Assembly (NCBI GenBank): GCA_965649765.1 | Contig: OZ287753.1 | Coordinates: forward strand, 11,594,001 to 11,658,000 | Source: Bispira polyomma | Lineage: Eukaryota | Reading direction: 5' to 3' | Length of the DNA: 64,000 nucleotides | Part shown: in pieces, positions 38,501 to 52,394 of the stretch | Position numbering within the stretch: position 1 is the stretch's first letter | Layout of the letters: every line of letters begins with the position of its first letter | The notes under the pieces: generated by a model | Database searches by the model: none | What the model was told of the DNA's origin: nothing | What the model saw: only the letters and a program-made list of their open reading frames with translations | Translations under genes and position numbers: made by a program

Positions 38501-39257
38501 TACTATGATCATACATCATATCACAATAGATTATTAAACTGTATATTTGTCATTATTCAGATACTTGCTACTGAATTTTTTAACCTAATCTTCTTCCATA
38601 TGCATCCTCAACTCATTTTTTCCTGGCTTAAATTCATATCATCTAAAAAAAATCAATAGACATTTTCTCCAAATATTTTGATCAGGACTGACATAGCACC
38701 CCCTCCCACCCTCTGCTCCTCCCTCCCCAAAACCAAACATTGCAGTCCCCGCCCTATCCAAACATAAAAGCCAGCTTATCCAGCCCTGGGTTCCTTTTTG
38801 TTCTTTTAATGTCAGAAATGGGCTGTTTTTGTAGTGAGAAAATTGCTAATAAATAGTCCTCAAATCAAGTAAATTGTGTTACCTAACACCCACAAAACAT
38901 GCCCCAGCTGCCTAACAAGGCCACTAATAGAGAAAGGGGAGAGAAGATGGGGGGGAATAGAGGGTTCCAGGAGAAGATTTGCTTTTGGTCAAAGAATAGC
39001 TGCACACAATTCCAAAGTAGATCTTAGGATTTCGCTCACACTGCAACATTTTGAAACCTGTTTTTTTCATATTCTACGGTGGAACGGTGAAAACTGGGTT
39101 AACATCATACCAGATAAACATTAAAAGACTGTAAACTTCTTAAATATTTGCTTATAAAGTTGAAACGGTTAAACCAATATAATATGGTAGGACGTCACTT
39201 GACTGACATAAGAATAACTTGCACATTTTGCATGTAAAGCCATTAGAATATGAAAGG

Positions 39258-39480
39258 AAACAAGAGTTGTCTTATAAAAAACACACAGACTCAACTTTAA
39301 TATGGCCACTATTATATACTCAAGCCCAGGCTGCGCCTGGTGACCACTAAATCTGGTACCCCTCAGTTTGGCCAGGTCGATTACTTCCTAAATAATTTAT
39401 GAAGGCCTTACATATTTTCTAACATGGCGATGTCCTTTATCAGAATGAAAACAATGTCAGGCTGGGCCTGACAAATATCC
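39258..39480 (+). mobile_element. HINE-like element upstream of VAChT
   Basis: aaacaagagttgtctt...cagaatgaaaacaatgtcaggctgggcctgacaaa; a partial copy lies at about 37215-37290. Confidence 0.7.
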
Positions 39481-41374
39481 CCCACCCCCCTCACACACCA
39501 GGGGGGAAACATAAGAAAGACCATGGAGCTTTTAGCAAACAATGCAAGCAGAAATCAAGGTTCGACGTTTTACAAAGAAATATGACTACTCAAAACGTCT
39601 CCACTGAGTCTCCTAGTATTTATTGGGCAGCTCATAAGTAAATAGCTCTTGAAAAAAGTGAGGAGTGAGGGGGGTAAGGCTTAGTAATGGTCCGGGAAGT
39701 GGGGGGGGGGGTGCCTGGAAAAAAGCTGACTCAGCATTCTATTAGTCTCAATGAAGAGTTTTGACAAGATTACAAATCTATACTGCTGCACTTAAGTGGT
39801 GAAAGAAAGAGGGGGTGGGGGTGGGTGGGGGGTGGGGGGGGGGTTGTACAAACCACTATTCTCTTTGGCCATCGACCAAGGTCATTAGATCTAAATTCGA
39901 ATAAAATTAAAATTCTGAGGCAAAAGTAAGTTTGTTTTTCATCACTGGCATGTTTTAAACCTAACACCAAAAACAATATCATTTAACCAATCCAGAAGTC
40001 CAAAACAACCCAGCCTGTTGGTAAGGAAGGATGTGAGTGTGTACAGGGAGGAAATTAAGGGTGTAGGTAAGCCATTTTGAAAAGATAGGTTTTAAGTTTG
40101 CTCCTGAACCCCCAGAAATGTTTCTAGTGATCTAAGGTCAACTGGGAGATTATTAAGTTTACATCCCCCTGCTTTTATTCCTAAAATATCAACACCGGAG
40201 AGAAATAATCTGTCAATATAATCTGTATTAAATCCAGTGTGGTTTACACAAAGCAGTAGTGTTTTCGAAGTTTTCAACAACTTTTTAAATTTTTCAATAT
40301 CTTTTCTGCATCAGACTTTTCTTAACATTTAGAATACCATGGTAAATCCCTAGATATTAAGTTAATAATATAGAAAACAATAATTGAAATGGGAATGTTA
40401 GTTCATTATTTGTGATTTTTTGTGTTTTATTTTGAGGCTACTAAACATTTGCATCTGTCTTATCACTAGTCACCAAATGGCAATATAGCATGTCATCATG
40501 GATATCCCTGTCCAACCTATATTGTCTTTAAACACATTCTCAACTATATATATGTGAAGGGGAAAAAATATGATCACCTCCAGAAAAGTATTTGTAAAGC
40601 TCTTAACCTACAAAGGGCTTATCTCTATAATTAAAGTAAACAATCGGACAGAGGTAGAGGTAGTTTGTGTTTTTAAAGATGTATTTAGAAGAAAAGCACT
40701 TGTTTTGACCGACCGACCATTTTTGGAGATAAAAAGTTAAATTAAAAATCCAGTTTAAAAGATATCAGTAGGCATTGAGCTTGTGGTTCAACTCTTTAAC
40801 GTGATGAGGTGTGTCAAAAGTTTTGGGTATCTAAAGAATGTTATATTATATGCACCAATTGAGTGACAGCAAAACTCTATTATTGTTACTGACGATGTAT
40901 TTGTTCATCAGTGTATATTTACTTGAATTTGAAGAAGGCAAATGAATCTTATTTATGTGGCTGGCCTTTCAGTGTAGCAGCAAAAGAGCCTTCCAATATT
41001 AATTAATGATGATGAGACAAAGTGAGTGAGAAAATATTAATGGTGTACTCATCATGTTCTCAGAGGGGGAGTCACCAAATAAAGTGTGATGGTGTGAGTG
41101 GGGGAGGGGGCTATTGAGGGAGAGGGGTGGATGGTAAGGGGAAGTGTATAATGGGTTGTATTGATAGGTTATTGATCATACAAAATGGCATGGGTGACAA
41201 AAATTAGGAGAAGGGCGTGGGGTGGCTTCGGGGTTAAGGGTTGGGCAGACAGTGATGTTATAGAGTAAAATAAAAGATACAAAGTGAATCATAAATGATT
41301 ATGATTATTATTGAAGCTTTATAAATATATACTCCTTGAAGGCACTTACTGTCCAAAAGGGATATAAATTGAAT

Positions 41375-41945
41375 TGAATTTGAATTTCGTTGGGTTTTGC
41401 GCTGCTTTTGACAGCTTAGGTCATATCGTAACCAGCAGCTTCAATAGTGGAAGAAGCCTCTGTGTAAACCACCCACATTTGGCAAGTACCTGACAAACTG
41501 TCCCATGATGGCCAGACTGAATGGTGGAAGAAACTAGTGTGCTGCATCACTGAAGCCCACCTGCCTATATAGCAAGTACCTTACAAAACCTTTCCCACAT
41601 AAATGAACAAACTGGATTCAAACCCAAATTGGTGAGTTAAATTGAACTGGGATATTTAACGTCCACTCTAGTACCTGTTTAGGTTATATTGGGACGGGTA
41701 GTTGGAAACGCTGGAGGAAACACTGCATACAGTCGGTCAAGGTTCTGCACTGAAACCAGCGGCCCACAGTAAGGAACTATCACCTTTCCCACATAGACAT
41801 CGATGAGATTCAAACTCACATCACCCAGAGGTGAGAGACCAGTGATTGTGAAGCGCAATGCTTGCTAACCACTAGGCCACCGCGGCCCCTCACATTGGTG
41901 AGAGGCCAGTGACTATGAAGCAGGCGCTTCTAACCACTAGGCCCA
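41375..41945 (-). mobile_element. Nested SINE cluster: one SINE (41637-41890) inserted into the head of a family A SINE
   Basis: Flanking direct repeat caaattggtgag (41625-41636) / cacattggtgag (41891-41902); the host SINE resumes with aggccagtgactatgaagc. Confidence 0.8.
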
Positions 41946-44349
41946 TGCAGTATGTTAAAAGGGATTTAGTCTGACAACCATAGCCCAGAACCTCAGCAGT
42001 AGGCGATGGTTTATATTAATAGGGTATTGATCATACAAAATGGCAGAGATGATAGTAAGAGTGTAGGGGGTTTGGATTTTGTAAGAGTGATGGTACAGTA
42101 TAAAATACATTAGCTAATATTTGTATAACAATCAATTGTTATTTTTTTTAATATTTATATAGTGCCCTTTTGGTATATGTTTTCTTGAAGGTGCTCGTTC
42201 TCTCCGAAAGGAATACAACTTTGAGGTCATTGGTAGGCAATGGTGTCTTCACATCTAGCTCAAGGATGTAATACCACAAATGAAACTAGCAGTAAATATT
42301 AGCAGGAGTCAAACCGGGAACCTTCCGATCACCATACCAACTGCCCCAACCAATACTCAAATTAATAACAAATACCAACCCCGCAAATATCCCTTAAGTC
42401 TATGTACTACATTTCCTATTTATTTATTTACATAAATAAAAAAAGGTATTATGCAGAATTATAGCAGAATAAATGGGTACGTATACTACTTTTCTGTCCA
42501 TTTCCAAGGATCAATGGCGATCATTGTTTCTAGTCAGTTAAGTTGCAACAAAATTGCCTTTGATGAAACACTTGCCCTATTTTACAAGTCAAAGGGACGC
42601 GGGAAGTGGCTCATTTCCCGAGAACGAAGCTCTGGGGTCATGTGGCGAGCACCACTTCCTATCTGCTACAGGGGTGACTTTCTGTGTGGGACAGACACCC
42701 TACTTACTTCATTTCCATGGCTTTCTCTGTAGTAAATTGTGCATCATGGATGAATGAGGCCCCAATAAGCTAGTAGCAATTACTACCCACTACCCACAGT
42801 GGCCATTCTAAGGAGGTAACTACATTTAGTGTTAGTGTCATAGTCCTCAAAAACAAGAAGTTGTTACTCTTGTATGGCTCTAAAATTAAAAAAAAAAAAA
42901 AAATGGTGATTTTTGATAGGCTTAATTTGTCTTTATTTACATTAAAAATGTTTGCTAACCTTATTAAAAGTCCTATTACAGAAAGTAAAAGTATCATCAG
43001 TTTCCCTTATAACTAGTTCACACGGTTTCAAATGTGAAGTCAGAAATGCCAATTTTTTGCAGATCTGAGCTAGTGAATTGGCATTATTACTAAGCAATGC
43101 AAATGCTAAATGGTCAAACTGAGGTAATACCATGACATTTTATATTTAGACAAGTTGATGTATATATGGGTGCAAATAGCTGCTAAAATATAGCCTTAAA
43201 AAAGTTTTTGAAAGTCAAAACACGAATTGCAGTCAGACCATGGTATTGCAAAACCCACATCCCAAAATAACTACATCTTCCAAATATTTCAAGTTGTAAG
43301 TGTATTAATATGGAAAACTACCTAAATTTATAGCCAATAGTAAAAATTAGTGCAAATAATACTTCTCAAAAAAATGTGAACTAGTGACATTTTCTTCTTA
43401 CTGAAAACTTCCACCTCCTTGGTACACAAATCCTATGAATTTTTGGGTGACATTTCATCATCTTTACATAAATAAAAAATTTCAAGACTGAGCAAGAAAT
43501 CAAACCCAAAATAGGATCAAACCATTATGGAATTGTTTTTTTTTTTTCATTAGAAGGTTCATTTGAATATTAGCCTTTAAATCATGAACTACATTTACAT
43601 AGCGTCATTCTTTATTTCCCTTATACCCCCCCTCACCCCCCACCCCCCCTCTTTACTCCCTCGCCCCTCCTCTGTGTAGGACGTAGATACCAGTCTCCGG
43701 TGTGACCGTGGTAACCACACACAGAATCACACAACCTCATCATCTACCCTTCTTTCTTCCAGAACTTTCCTACCCCCCCTCCTACCCCCCTCCCTACCCT
43801 TCTCTACCTCTCATATACCCCCATCACCAGCTATCGGACTCAAGCACTGATGTTATCGCCGTCATGGTTCCTTGCTAACGATACCCCTGGGTCCGTCAGG
43901 AGTCCCGGCCAAGTCACCATTGATTTCCCATCTACTGCTCCATCGTGGCCCCCCTAGGGGACCCGAAAGATGTGTCCCCATAGGCCAGCAGAAACCCCCG
44001 GATCCAATACATCAATAGCCAACCGCTCTGTTATGTTTGGTTGGGGCGCTTTTTTTAGTGTGTTTTTGAGAAAGATTTGTTCAACAAAAAGAAAAAGAAA
44101 ATTCATTTTTGTTTCTAGCTTATCTCTTAATCTAACATCAAAGGGGAAACTTTTATAGCTTGCTTTTTGAAATAAATAGAATTCTTCTTTGGTTTCTAAG
44201 AACTACATATTGTGGAAGTTAACTTTATCCCTGCATAACAAAATACCCAGACCTATATGTGGCTTACAAGTCAATTTTTAACCCTTAACATGAGAAGGTG
44301 TGAAATGGTTGAGTAAACGTCTAATTTTTCACTTGATATATTTTTGTAT

Positions 44350-44503
44350 AGGTGTACTGGTTAAGGCACTCACACCCACCTCATTCGTGGGTTCGAATCT
44401 CAGCTGCGGCATTATGTGGGAAAGGTTGGCAGTTACTTTCCACACCAGTAAAACTGCACCTTGTGATAATATGTGACCCATACATTGTTAAACCGTTAAA
44501 CCG

Positions 44504-44542
<39 letters not shown>
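44350..44542 (+). mobile_element. tRNA-derived SINE with (AATC)n tail
   Basis: gggttcgaatctc B box, tatgtgggaaaggttggcagttactt body, then about 9 AATC units. Confidence 0.7.
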
Positions 44543-44544
<2 letters not shown>

Positions 44545-47500
44545 TATACATATTCATATTTGCAAGCATTTGATATTATAAACATTTAATTTTTTTTTGG
44601 ATTGGTTTGAATTGTTTCTGTAATACAGCAAATAAAATATTATTAATACTAAACAAACAAACAAGGACTTTGGCCATTCATTCATGGAAGCTTTTCTTCT
44701 TATTGACTATTTGGTAAGGCAGATGTCTTTTCCTGTGGGGGATTATGTGTAGGTTCCTGTGTAAACTAGAAGTGATCCCTGGTCTTTTCCTGGGTCAATA
44801 TTTTAATTCCTTGAACACCAGAAGATCATTACCGGCAAGAAATAGGAGCAAAAAAGACCTAATTACACAAGCATTTTATTGAATTCCATTCATTGTTTGC
44901 TGTTTTTTTGTGTGTAGTACAGTAAAGTGCTAAATGAAATGAACCAATGGATAAAAAAAGAAAAGAAAGTGTTTTTTTGTTTTTTTTAATCAATTTTTCA
45001 GTGGGCGAAATACTGAATGGACTTTAATCACCTTTCAATGGGTTTGTAAAGTACTATAATAAATAACTGATTTCTATTTTATTTTTCTCACCAATTTCTA
45101 ATTTTTATTATTTTGGGATAATTTTATCAACATATAACATTTGTCCTGTGTATATCGTCCCTATGTTACATCTGTAGGATAACATATTACAGATAACATC
45201 TTTTAAGGACATAAAGCATAGTTTTTAGGTATTTTTTTTACCCAAATCAGACAAAATGCATTCAATTAAAATTTGATATCTTCTTCATGTATGGTCAAAC
45301 CTCACTTTTTATGAAGGATAAGTTTTGTGTCTGAGATGAAGAAAAGAGGTTAAACTTTTGCAGTATATACTGTATTAAGGAAAGCCGACATGCTGATATC
45401 TTTAGTGAAACAACATCCCCTCCATTGATCACTAGGGCTGGTTTTGTGTAACTGTGTCATTTCAACCCAAGGGGTGTTTTTGTGTTGGAGTCCAACAATA
45501 TTTGCCAGTCATAAGATAGGCTATATACCCCATAACCTTCAAGATGTCCTAAGTTTTGGCAGTCAGCAACACTTTAAGTTAGACCCGATTTAAGTTTGAC
45601 CAACCCAACTGTTGGAACCCAACTTAGGGTTTTACCAATATTTAGATGGTTTATTTACACCCAATTCAAGGTATCCTATGTTTTAGTAGCCACAAAGACG
45701 GTTGGAACCCAACTCAGGAGTTTTAGTCAGTCTTCTGCCACCACAACTCCAATCTGCAATCAGTGTTATTCCAATACGATGGCCAGTTGAAATGAGATAG
45801 GAATTTGTATATAATCTCTATAGTGTCTAGATCCCAAGGTACACGTCCACACAATTAATTCACAATGAAGGAGAGCTTATAATGTTAATAAATTATTTTT
45901 TATACATACAATGTTTACCTTTTTTTTTCTAGTCTAACATATTTTAACTTCTATGCTTTGTTTTATAATTTATATTATTAAAAAAGTACCTATTGGAACT
46001 ATAGTGTTATTGGAACTATAGTGTTATTCTACTAGGGTTATCTGTGACACATTGTCTTTGCATGCAGCAAGACGATGACGTCATCAGAATATCGGATTCA
46101 AATATTGTAACTGAATTAACCAAAATATAGTAGCCGAAGATATTAAAATGGCAATTTGGGTGCCGTTTCTTCTAAAACAACTGCTTATAACTTTAATTGT
46201 AACTTTAATTGTAAAGTGATTTTCAAACTATCGATTTTTTTTTTGCTTTATAAAAAGTGCTGCAAAATGCATTTTATTGATGAGTACTGTAATATGCCTT
46301 TACAAACAAAACGTTATACCTGCTTCCTGATGTTTTGATGACGTCAGCAGACATGCGTGCAGCCGTACTTCCGCTCTAGAGTTGATATGATCCTTATTAT
46401 TTTCACTCAAGTAACAAAATTTATTAGTCTGTATTGATGACTCTGCTGATGAAATGGTTAATACCAAAGTGCATGCCATCATGTAATAGAGTTATTCCCG
46501 TTTTGGTAAATAGATATGACAAATTATGTACTAATTACCGTTGACTCAAACAAGCCAAGTCATCCCTTTTCTATGGCTACATTTATGAACCAATAAACCA
46601 AAATATTTTTTGGTTTTTAGTTTATTATTATTTTGTTTTATTTTTTTTTTTGGTGGGGGATAAACTCTAAGATTATTTATTGCCTAGAATTTACATGAAT
46701 GAGTAAACATTACTCATTGTGAATAGTAAGTATTATTATTTATTTATTGTTTATGCTTTGTAAGAATATGTTTGATTTTTTTTTCTTAATTTTAGGGTAT
46801 TTAAACCTTTCAACTCCGATGTTGTGACTCCCAGCACCAGAATGTAAGGTCCAAAAATCATGATCATATTCAAGTCTCGCAACATCGTTTTTTTTTTTTT
46901 GAAGGAAGGAGGTCGTATCCCAGGAGACGCCGGAATGAATATGTAACTAGGGAGGGAAAGCCTTGGCAAACAAGTATGTCTTAGGTTTGCTTCAAAAGGA
47001 TGACAAGGTAGGAGCAGCACGAATACACCACATCCCAGACACATTGGCCTATGGCTATTTCATGGCTTGCTCTCTTTCTAAGCCGTTACTAAGGATCTCC
47101 TGATTAAACCCCTACTTATAGGTAAGTGATACCAAACCAAGTGAGCAGGCTTAAACTATTGCTTTGACAAGAACTTGCACTTGAAGATGTAGACACAATC
47201 CCTCTGTAATCATTGTATCAGAAACCAAAAAAGACTAAAAGTCAGATATACAAAATCCTAAACCATGAATTATATAAAATTAAAAAACAACAAAAACATT
47301 TTATTTCAGCGGTAGTCAACAATTAACAACACCAAAAAGATACCCCAGTTGGTCGTATGTTTGTTCTTGCAGAAAGTAAGCTTAGATAAATGTATATTGT
47401 ATTGTGGATTTTTAATGTGCCTTATTGATGCAAAGCATCTTCTAAAGTACAACCACAAAATGGGTTAACCGACAGATAAGTGTAAAATCAGTTGCCACAG

Positions 47501-47919
47501 TGGCAATGAAGGAAACGAGAGAGTGTTTCAAGTGATCTAGGCTCAACAGGCAGACTATTGCATAAAATAGGGGCAGCAATAGAGAAAGCTCTAGATCCAG
47601 CCCTCTTGGTAGGTTTACCAGAGGAAACAGAAAGTATCTTGCCTCTTTTTAAGGTTACTGAAGGCAAGATGAGTAGCAAGGTAGGTGAGCTATTGAGAGA
47701 CACCAGCTTTGAAAGTAGTTACGTGAATTTTAAACAATATACGATAGTGAACGGAAAGCCTTCTATCTCTTTTAGAGCCTTTTTTTAATAATTAATAAAG
47801 TTGGTGTCAGTACTCAAAAGTTTAAATATTTGCAAAATCCATTCAAATTGAGCAAAGAAAATATAGTGGATATATATTTTTATCACCCATCGAGTGGGCA
47901 GGGTAAATGCACAGAATCT

Positions 47920-48068
47920 ATTTGACTTTAATTGGGTTTTATGTTGTTTTCAACAGCTAATGTAATATCGTGACAACCAGATTCAATTGTGGAAGAAACG
48001 GGATTCAAACCAACATTGGTGAGAGCCCCGGTGAATATAAGGCTAAAATACTTCTAACCACTAGGCTT
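47920..48068 (-). mobile_element. SINE family A, internally deleted
   Basis: ttgggtttt...caacagcta...atatcgtgac..ccagatt...ggattcaaacc..cattggtgagag...ctaaccactaggc. Confidence 0.65.
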
Positions 48069-51000
48069 CTGGAATACTGTCGTGTATAAAAAGTACTTAT
48101 TCAGGTACTTCTACTTCTATTTACCTTCATTCCAATATGTGAACCCATTCTAACATCTCAAAAAAAGAATACCATGAACCTTCTTCTCTAAAAGTCCTAG
48201 CCATAAGATATCATGCGATATATTTTTGTCAACATGCCTATTTGATGCCAGGCATCTTCTAGAGCGCAACATCATCGACAAAGTGGCCAAAATCACCATT
48301 CCTTTGCAAAACAAGTTTGTGGTCGTGGAGGGCGATGTAGATGAACACAAATTACTATAGGTAAGGGTAAGCAGGATTGAAGAGGTGAGTTAGTTAATGT
48401 TGCTAGTTGAAAGCACAGAGGGTAATACTCTGGGGTGTGATATTATTGGCTGGTAAATTGTTCTATAGTAAAGACGGCATAAGAATTTTCAATCTGTTTA
48501 CTGGTTCTAGTATGCGTATCTATTTTTTATTGTAAACCTATGCAAGGTTAGGTTACTACTTTAAAACCAAACCTAAGACATATTTGTTTGCCAAGGCTTT
48601 CCATCCTTAGTTTCATATTCATTCTACTGTCTCCTGAGATATGACCACCTTCCGGAAAAGGACTTTTAAGACTTGAATAAGATCATGATATATGTACTTT
48701 AGAATCCACCTTAATCAATATTAAGCACAATAAAAGATTAGATTGGGTTAGATTAGGTATATATGTGTAACAGATAATGTGTTTGATGTTTTCTATTTTA
48801 AAGTGACACCAATAAAAAACCTATATTGGCTGGGTACTAATGTTATTTGTATAATTTGGTTTTATAAATGTACTGGTCAGTACTGTACTCTGGCTGACTA
48901 TATTACATTATACTGACTAACTGTCATAAAGAATCATTTATCTTTTTCATCTTAACCCTCCATAACCATCTGATGATCCCAGAAATGGCCAGCACTTAGG
49001 TGTCACGTGACTACTCTTTTTAACCCATTATTTTTCCTGCAATTATTTCCTAGACACAACCACCTCAGTAATTATCTCTGTCCATGCCTGTTTCTAGTTT
49101 TTTTGTGTGTGTGTTTTTTGTCTCTTCCCTTTGACAGACGTCTTATCATGTTTTTCTTTGCCTTGTCAGAATGTTTATTATTATTATTACTATTATTTGT
49201 TTGTTGTTTTTTGTGTCCAGGAGATGTCCACCTGGTTTAACATGCTGGCACAAATAACTCTCTTTCCACCATCACGCCTACACAGGGTAACCTATGTTTA
49301 CTACAGTAAAACCCCCTTAGACAAAGACCAACACAGCCAGAATTGTTATCTCAGCATGATTTTCAGATGGCTAGATAATTTGTTTGTAATATACATATAT
49401 GCAGACATATTCACATGTTCCATTAAATTTTTAACAGTCAGCCTTATTAAGGCTTAAAATAAAGTTAGCTTCAAAACGAGATAACAATTTCAGTCATAAC
49501 TCCTGTGCAAAAATTTAACACCATTTATGTATATACCTATCATTTTGTTAAACTTAACTGGATCAAGGTTTCACGTGTGAAGCCAAGAAAGCGACCATTA
49601 ATCATGGCCACAAGTGATGGCAATTGAACATTAGTATATTAGTATATCAAATTTACAAAGAGATTGTTTTTTTTTTTATATTCGATTTAAAAATAAAACA
49701 ACGAAAAAAAATAGAGGCTAAATATCTATGGCGAGGGTTTTCATTTCAAAACACCGGTCGCCGCAAATTTTTGGAATAATACACCACACATAAAATTAGG
49801 TAGAAGGTATCAGACATTTCTCACCTTGTCACGATCTGGAGGACAAAAAAAAAAAATCACACAGATATTCTCTGGTAGTGTTTTATAATTACTCACCAAA
49901 TAACCCCTGAGTAATTGGTGGTCATTGGGAAGGCATAAACACACCTTAATTGGGCTTGGGGCTACTAATAAGATAATAAGCCGTACAGGAATTGAAGGGT
50001 GAAAAAACACAGATTTACAGTATCACCCCCCCCGCCACCCCTTTCTAACACCAACATATATGTATGGTTTTTGGTTTCTGATAATTTTCATTTATTTATT
50101 ATATGAGCATACAATATATATAATAATCAAAATTTCTTTCCAGCCGTCTTTTCGCTTTATAAGTCACTACAATAGTTTGATTTTACGCCGATTTTTGTAG
50201 GTTTTAAAGATAGATACATGATTTGAACATGGGTACCTACACTTATATTATATTCAACACAACCGCAGGATCAAAGAGTGTACATATTATTGGACAAATG
50301 TTAAAATATCTTAGAACATATTTTTAAGATGTACAGAATCTGAAGAAAATTTCACATACAGTGAACACATAATAGTGACATATGTTTACAATTCATACAG
50401 AATTATAAGCCCCCCCCCCCCCCCCCCCTCCACAAGCCCTAACCCCTCTAACCCTTGCCTAATTCCTATATATGTAAGATTACATACCCCCGGGGCGGGG
50501 ATATTTAGACATCACTGCATACATCAGTGCACACGTGGTGATTTAAAACTCTTTACAGTTAGTTATAAGTATGTTTGAGAAAGTGTAAGGTTTGAGTATT
50601 TCCATAACAGTTAAATATGTATTTTACACGTCAACATAAGAGATAATATGTATAATAAAGTCATTATGTAAACATTAATTGAATTTAAGCATCGATTATA
50701 TTTGAAACTGAATGTAATGTAACTTATTAACCTCTGATAGGCGTTGGTGAACCTTAAATATACGTATTGTAATAAATAGTTATAATATTCTGAGTTTAAA
50801 CACAGATTTGTAAAAAAAAAAAAGACTTTGTATGTACATTATAAAGTTCTGTTAGCTAATCAGATTGGATACAGATATTATCTACAAGTATCTATGCATT
50901 ATAACATGCATATGATAGTACAAGTCTATTTAGACTAGAACACTGCCGTTAGCTTCAAATTGCATATCAATGTATTCCCTTATTTGTCCATGTAAACTAT

Positions 51001-52190
51001 AAATGTGATAATTATAAACTCTTTTAATATGACATATTAAGATAGAATGAGATATTATAAGACTAGTAGTAATAGCTTGAAGACCAAATTGGACATATAA
51101 AATTAAATATACATTTATAGAATGAGTAGATGTGAAAATCTACTTACCAAGTTGTATATTGACTCTGTCCAAGCAAACCTTCACAAGTTTTATATGCATA
51201 TGTTTCTCACTTGAGCAAAAACGTCATATCATCTGCATACTAATCCCATATTTATAGATATATAAATATCTATACACAAGCTTTCCACTTAACAAGAACA
51301 CACTTAAACTAAATTAATTTGTTTGATCAAAATTTAATCTCTTTTTCTTAAAGAAATAAAGTATAACTGACTTCACAGTTTTTTTTTTAACAATTTTTCT
51401 CAACAGAAACAATAAAAAATAAACACATCTGTATATATGTATATATAGGCCCTTCTCAAGATAACTCTGCCTTCAGCAGTCGCAACAGCAGTTAATCATT
51501 GCTATTCTACCCAAGAAAGACAATAAATTTGTGATATTTAGAGGCTTCAAGAATTCTCTAATTCCCCAAAAGACCAAACAAGTAACCCCGAAGACCTTAG
51601 CAGATTGAGCAGACTGTGACTACCATACAAACAGCATCAGGTTTGAAATTTCTATGTCCCTTTACATCCTTAGATCCCTTTTTTTATAATACAACTTTCT
51701 TGTATCTTACCTTAGTCATTCAACATAACAATTTTAATCCCCCACCCAAAAAACCCTTCCAGTGTTTTTTATAAAAGAAAACTATAAATCTATATTTTCA
51801 AACCAAGAAGAATAACCCCCAAAACCAAAACTCGGTTACTTTACTCAAAGAGAAAACACACACACAATCAGACAGTCACACACATAAGGGTGCACACAAA
51901 ATAGTAAAATAGATTACATGTATTATTTTTCTTACCTTGACAACTGACAGAATGATTCCAATTGTATTTGTAGCCCAGCTGTTTTTTTGGGGGTCTATTG
52001 TTTATTATAAAGGTGTTTTTAGATGCTTTTCTGGGTGTGTGATTTTTTTCCCCGCCGCTGCAGACCCTCTCCAACCAAAGTCATTCCGTGTCCCTTATTA
52101 CTATTTTAGTAAATCTTTATCGTCGTTCCTGGAAAAGTTTCTCTTCCCGCATCAATAGCCAATCCTGATTGGTCACGAAGTAGCACTCAC

Positions 52191-52250
52191 CCGATGAATA
52201 TTCATACGGCTGTTTAACTTCCGCCGATAGTCGCTCACATCAATATACAT
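52191..52250 (-). CDS. ChAT: Candidate first exon of the cholinergic locus, coding part (MYIDVSDYRRKLNSRMNIHR)
   Basis: Two in-frame ATGs (52250, 52205), 20 stop-free codons ending CGG|gtgagt (GT at 52190-52189), phase 0 and in frame with exon 2. Upstream in-frame TAA; adjacent core-promoter-like motifs. Confidence 0.62.
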
Positions 52251-52394
52251 GAGTAGAAATTGAATATTGTCTCCTAGCTTTTTCTTTCTCCACGTTTCTT
52301 CGTAGGAAAATTTAATTGTATAAGGACCGAGGCTACTGTGTGTTTGACCTATTTATCCCTCCTAAAACTGCCGTCCTCCAAAACAAATCTAGCT

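Noticed and set aside
48150-48370. Plus-strand exon-like segment ending in tag|gtaag
   Set aside because: The frame ends in a stop and the peptide (LQNKFVVVEGDVDEH) resembles an RTE-type LINE linker; no partner exon found.
50600-51300. Minus-strand YADDMTFLL motif at about 51215-51240
   Set aside because: Isolated, heavily decayed reverse transcriptase remnant; too degraded to delimit and not a host gene.
18030-52190. Unique (non-repeat) complementary elements near the exon 1 donor and exon 2 acceptor, and a REST/NRSE site
   Set aside because: None found by eye; a computational inverted-repeat and motif scan is needed before concluding absence.
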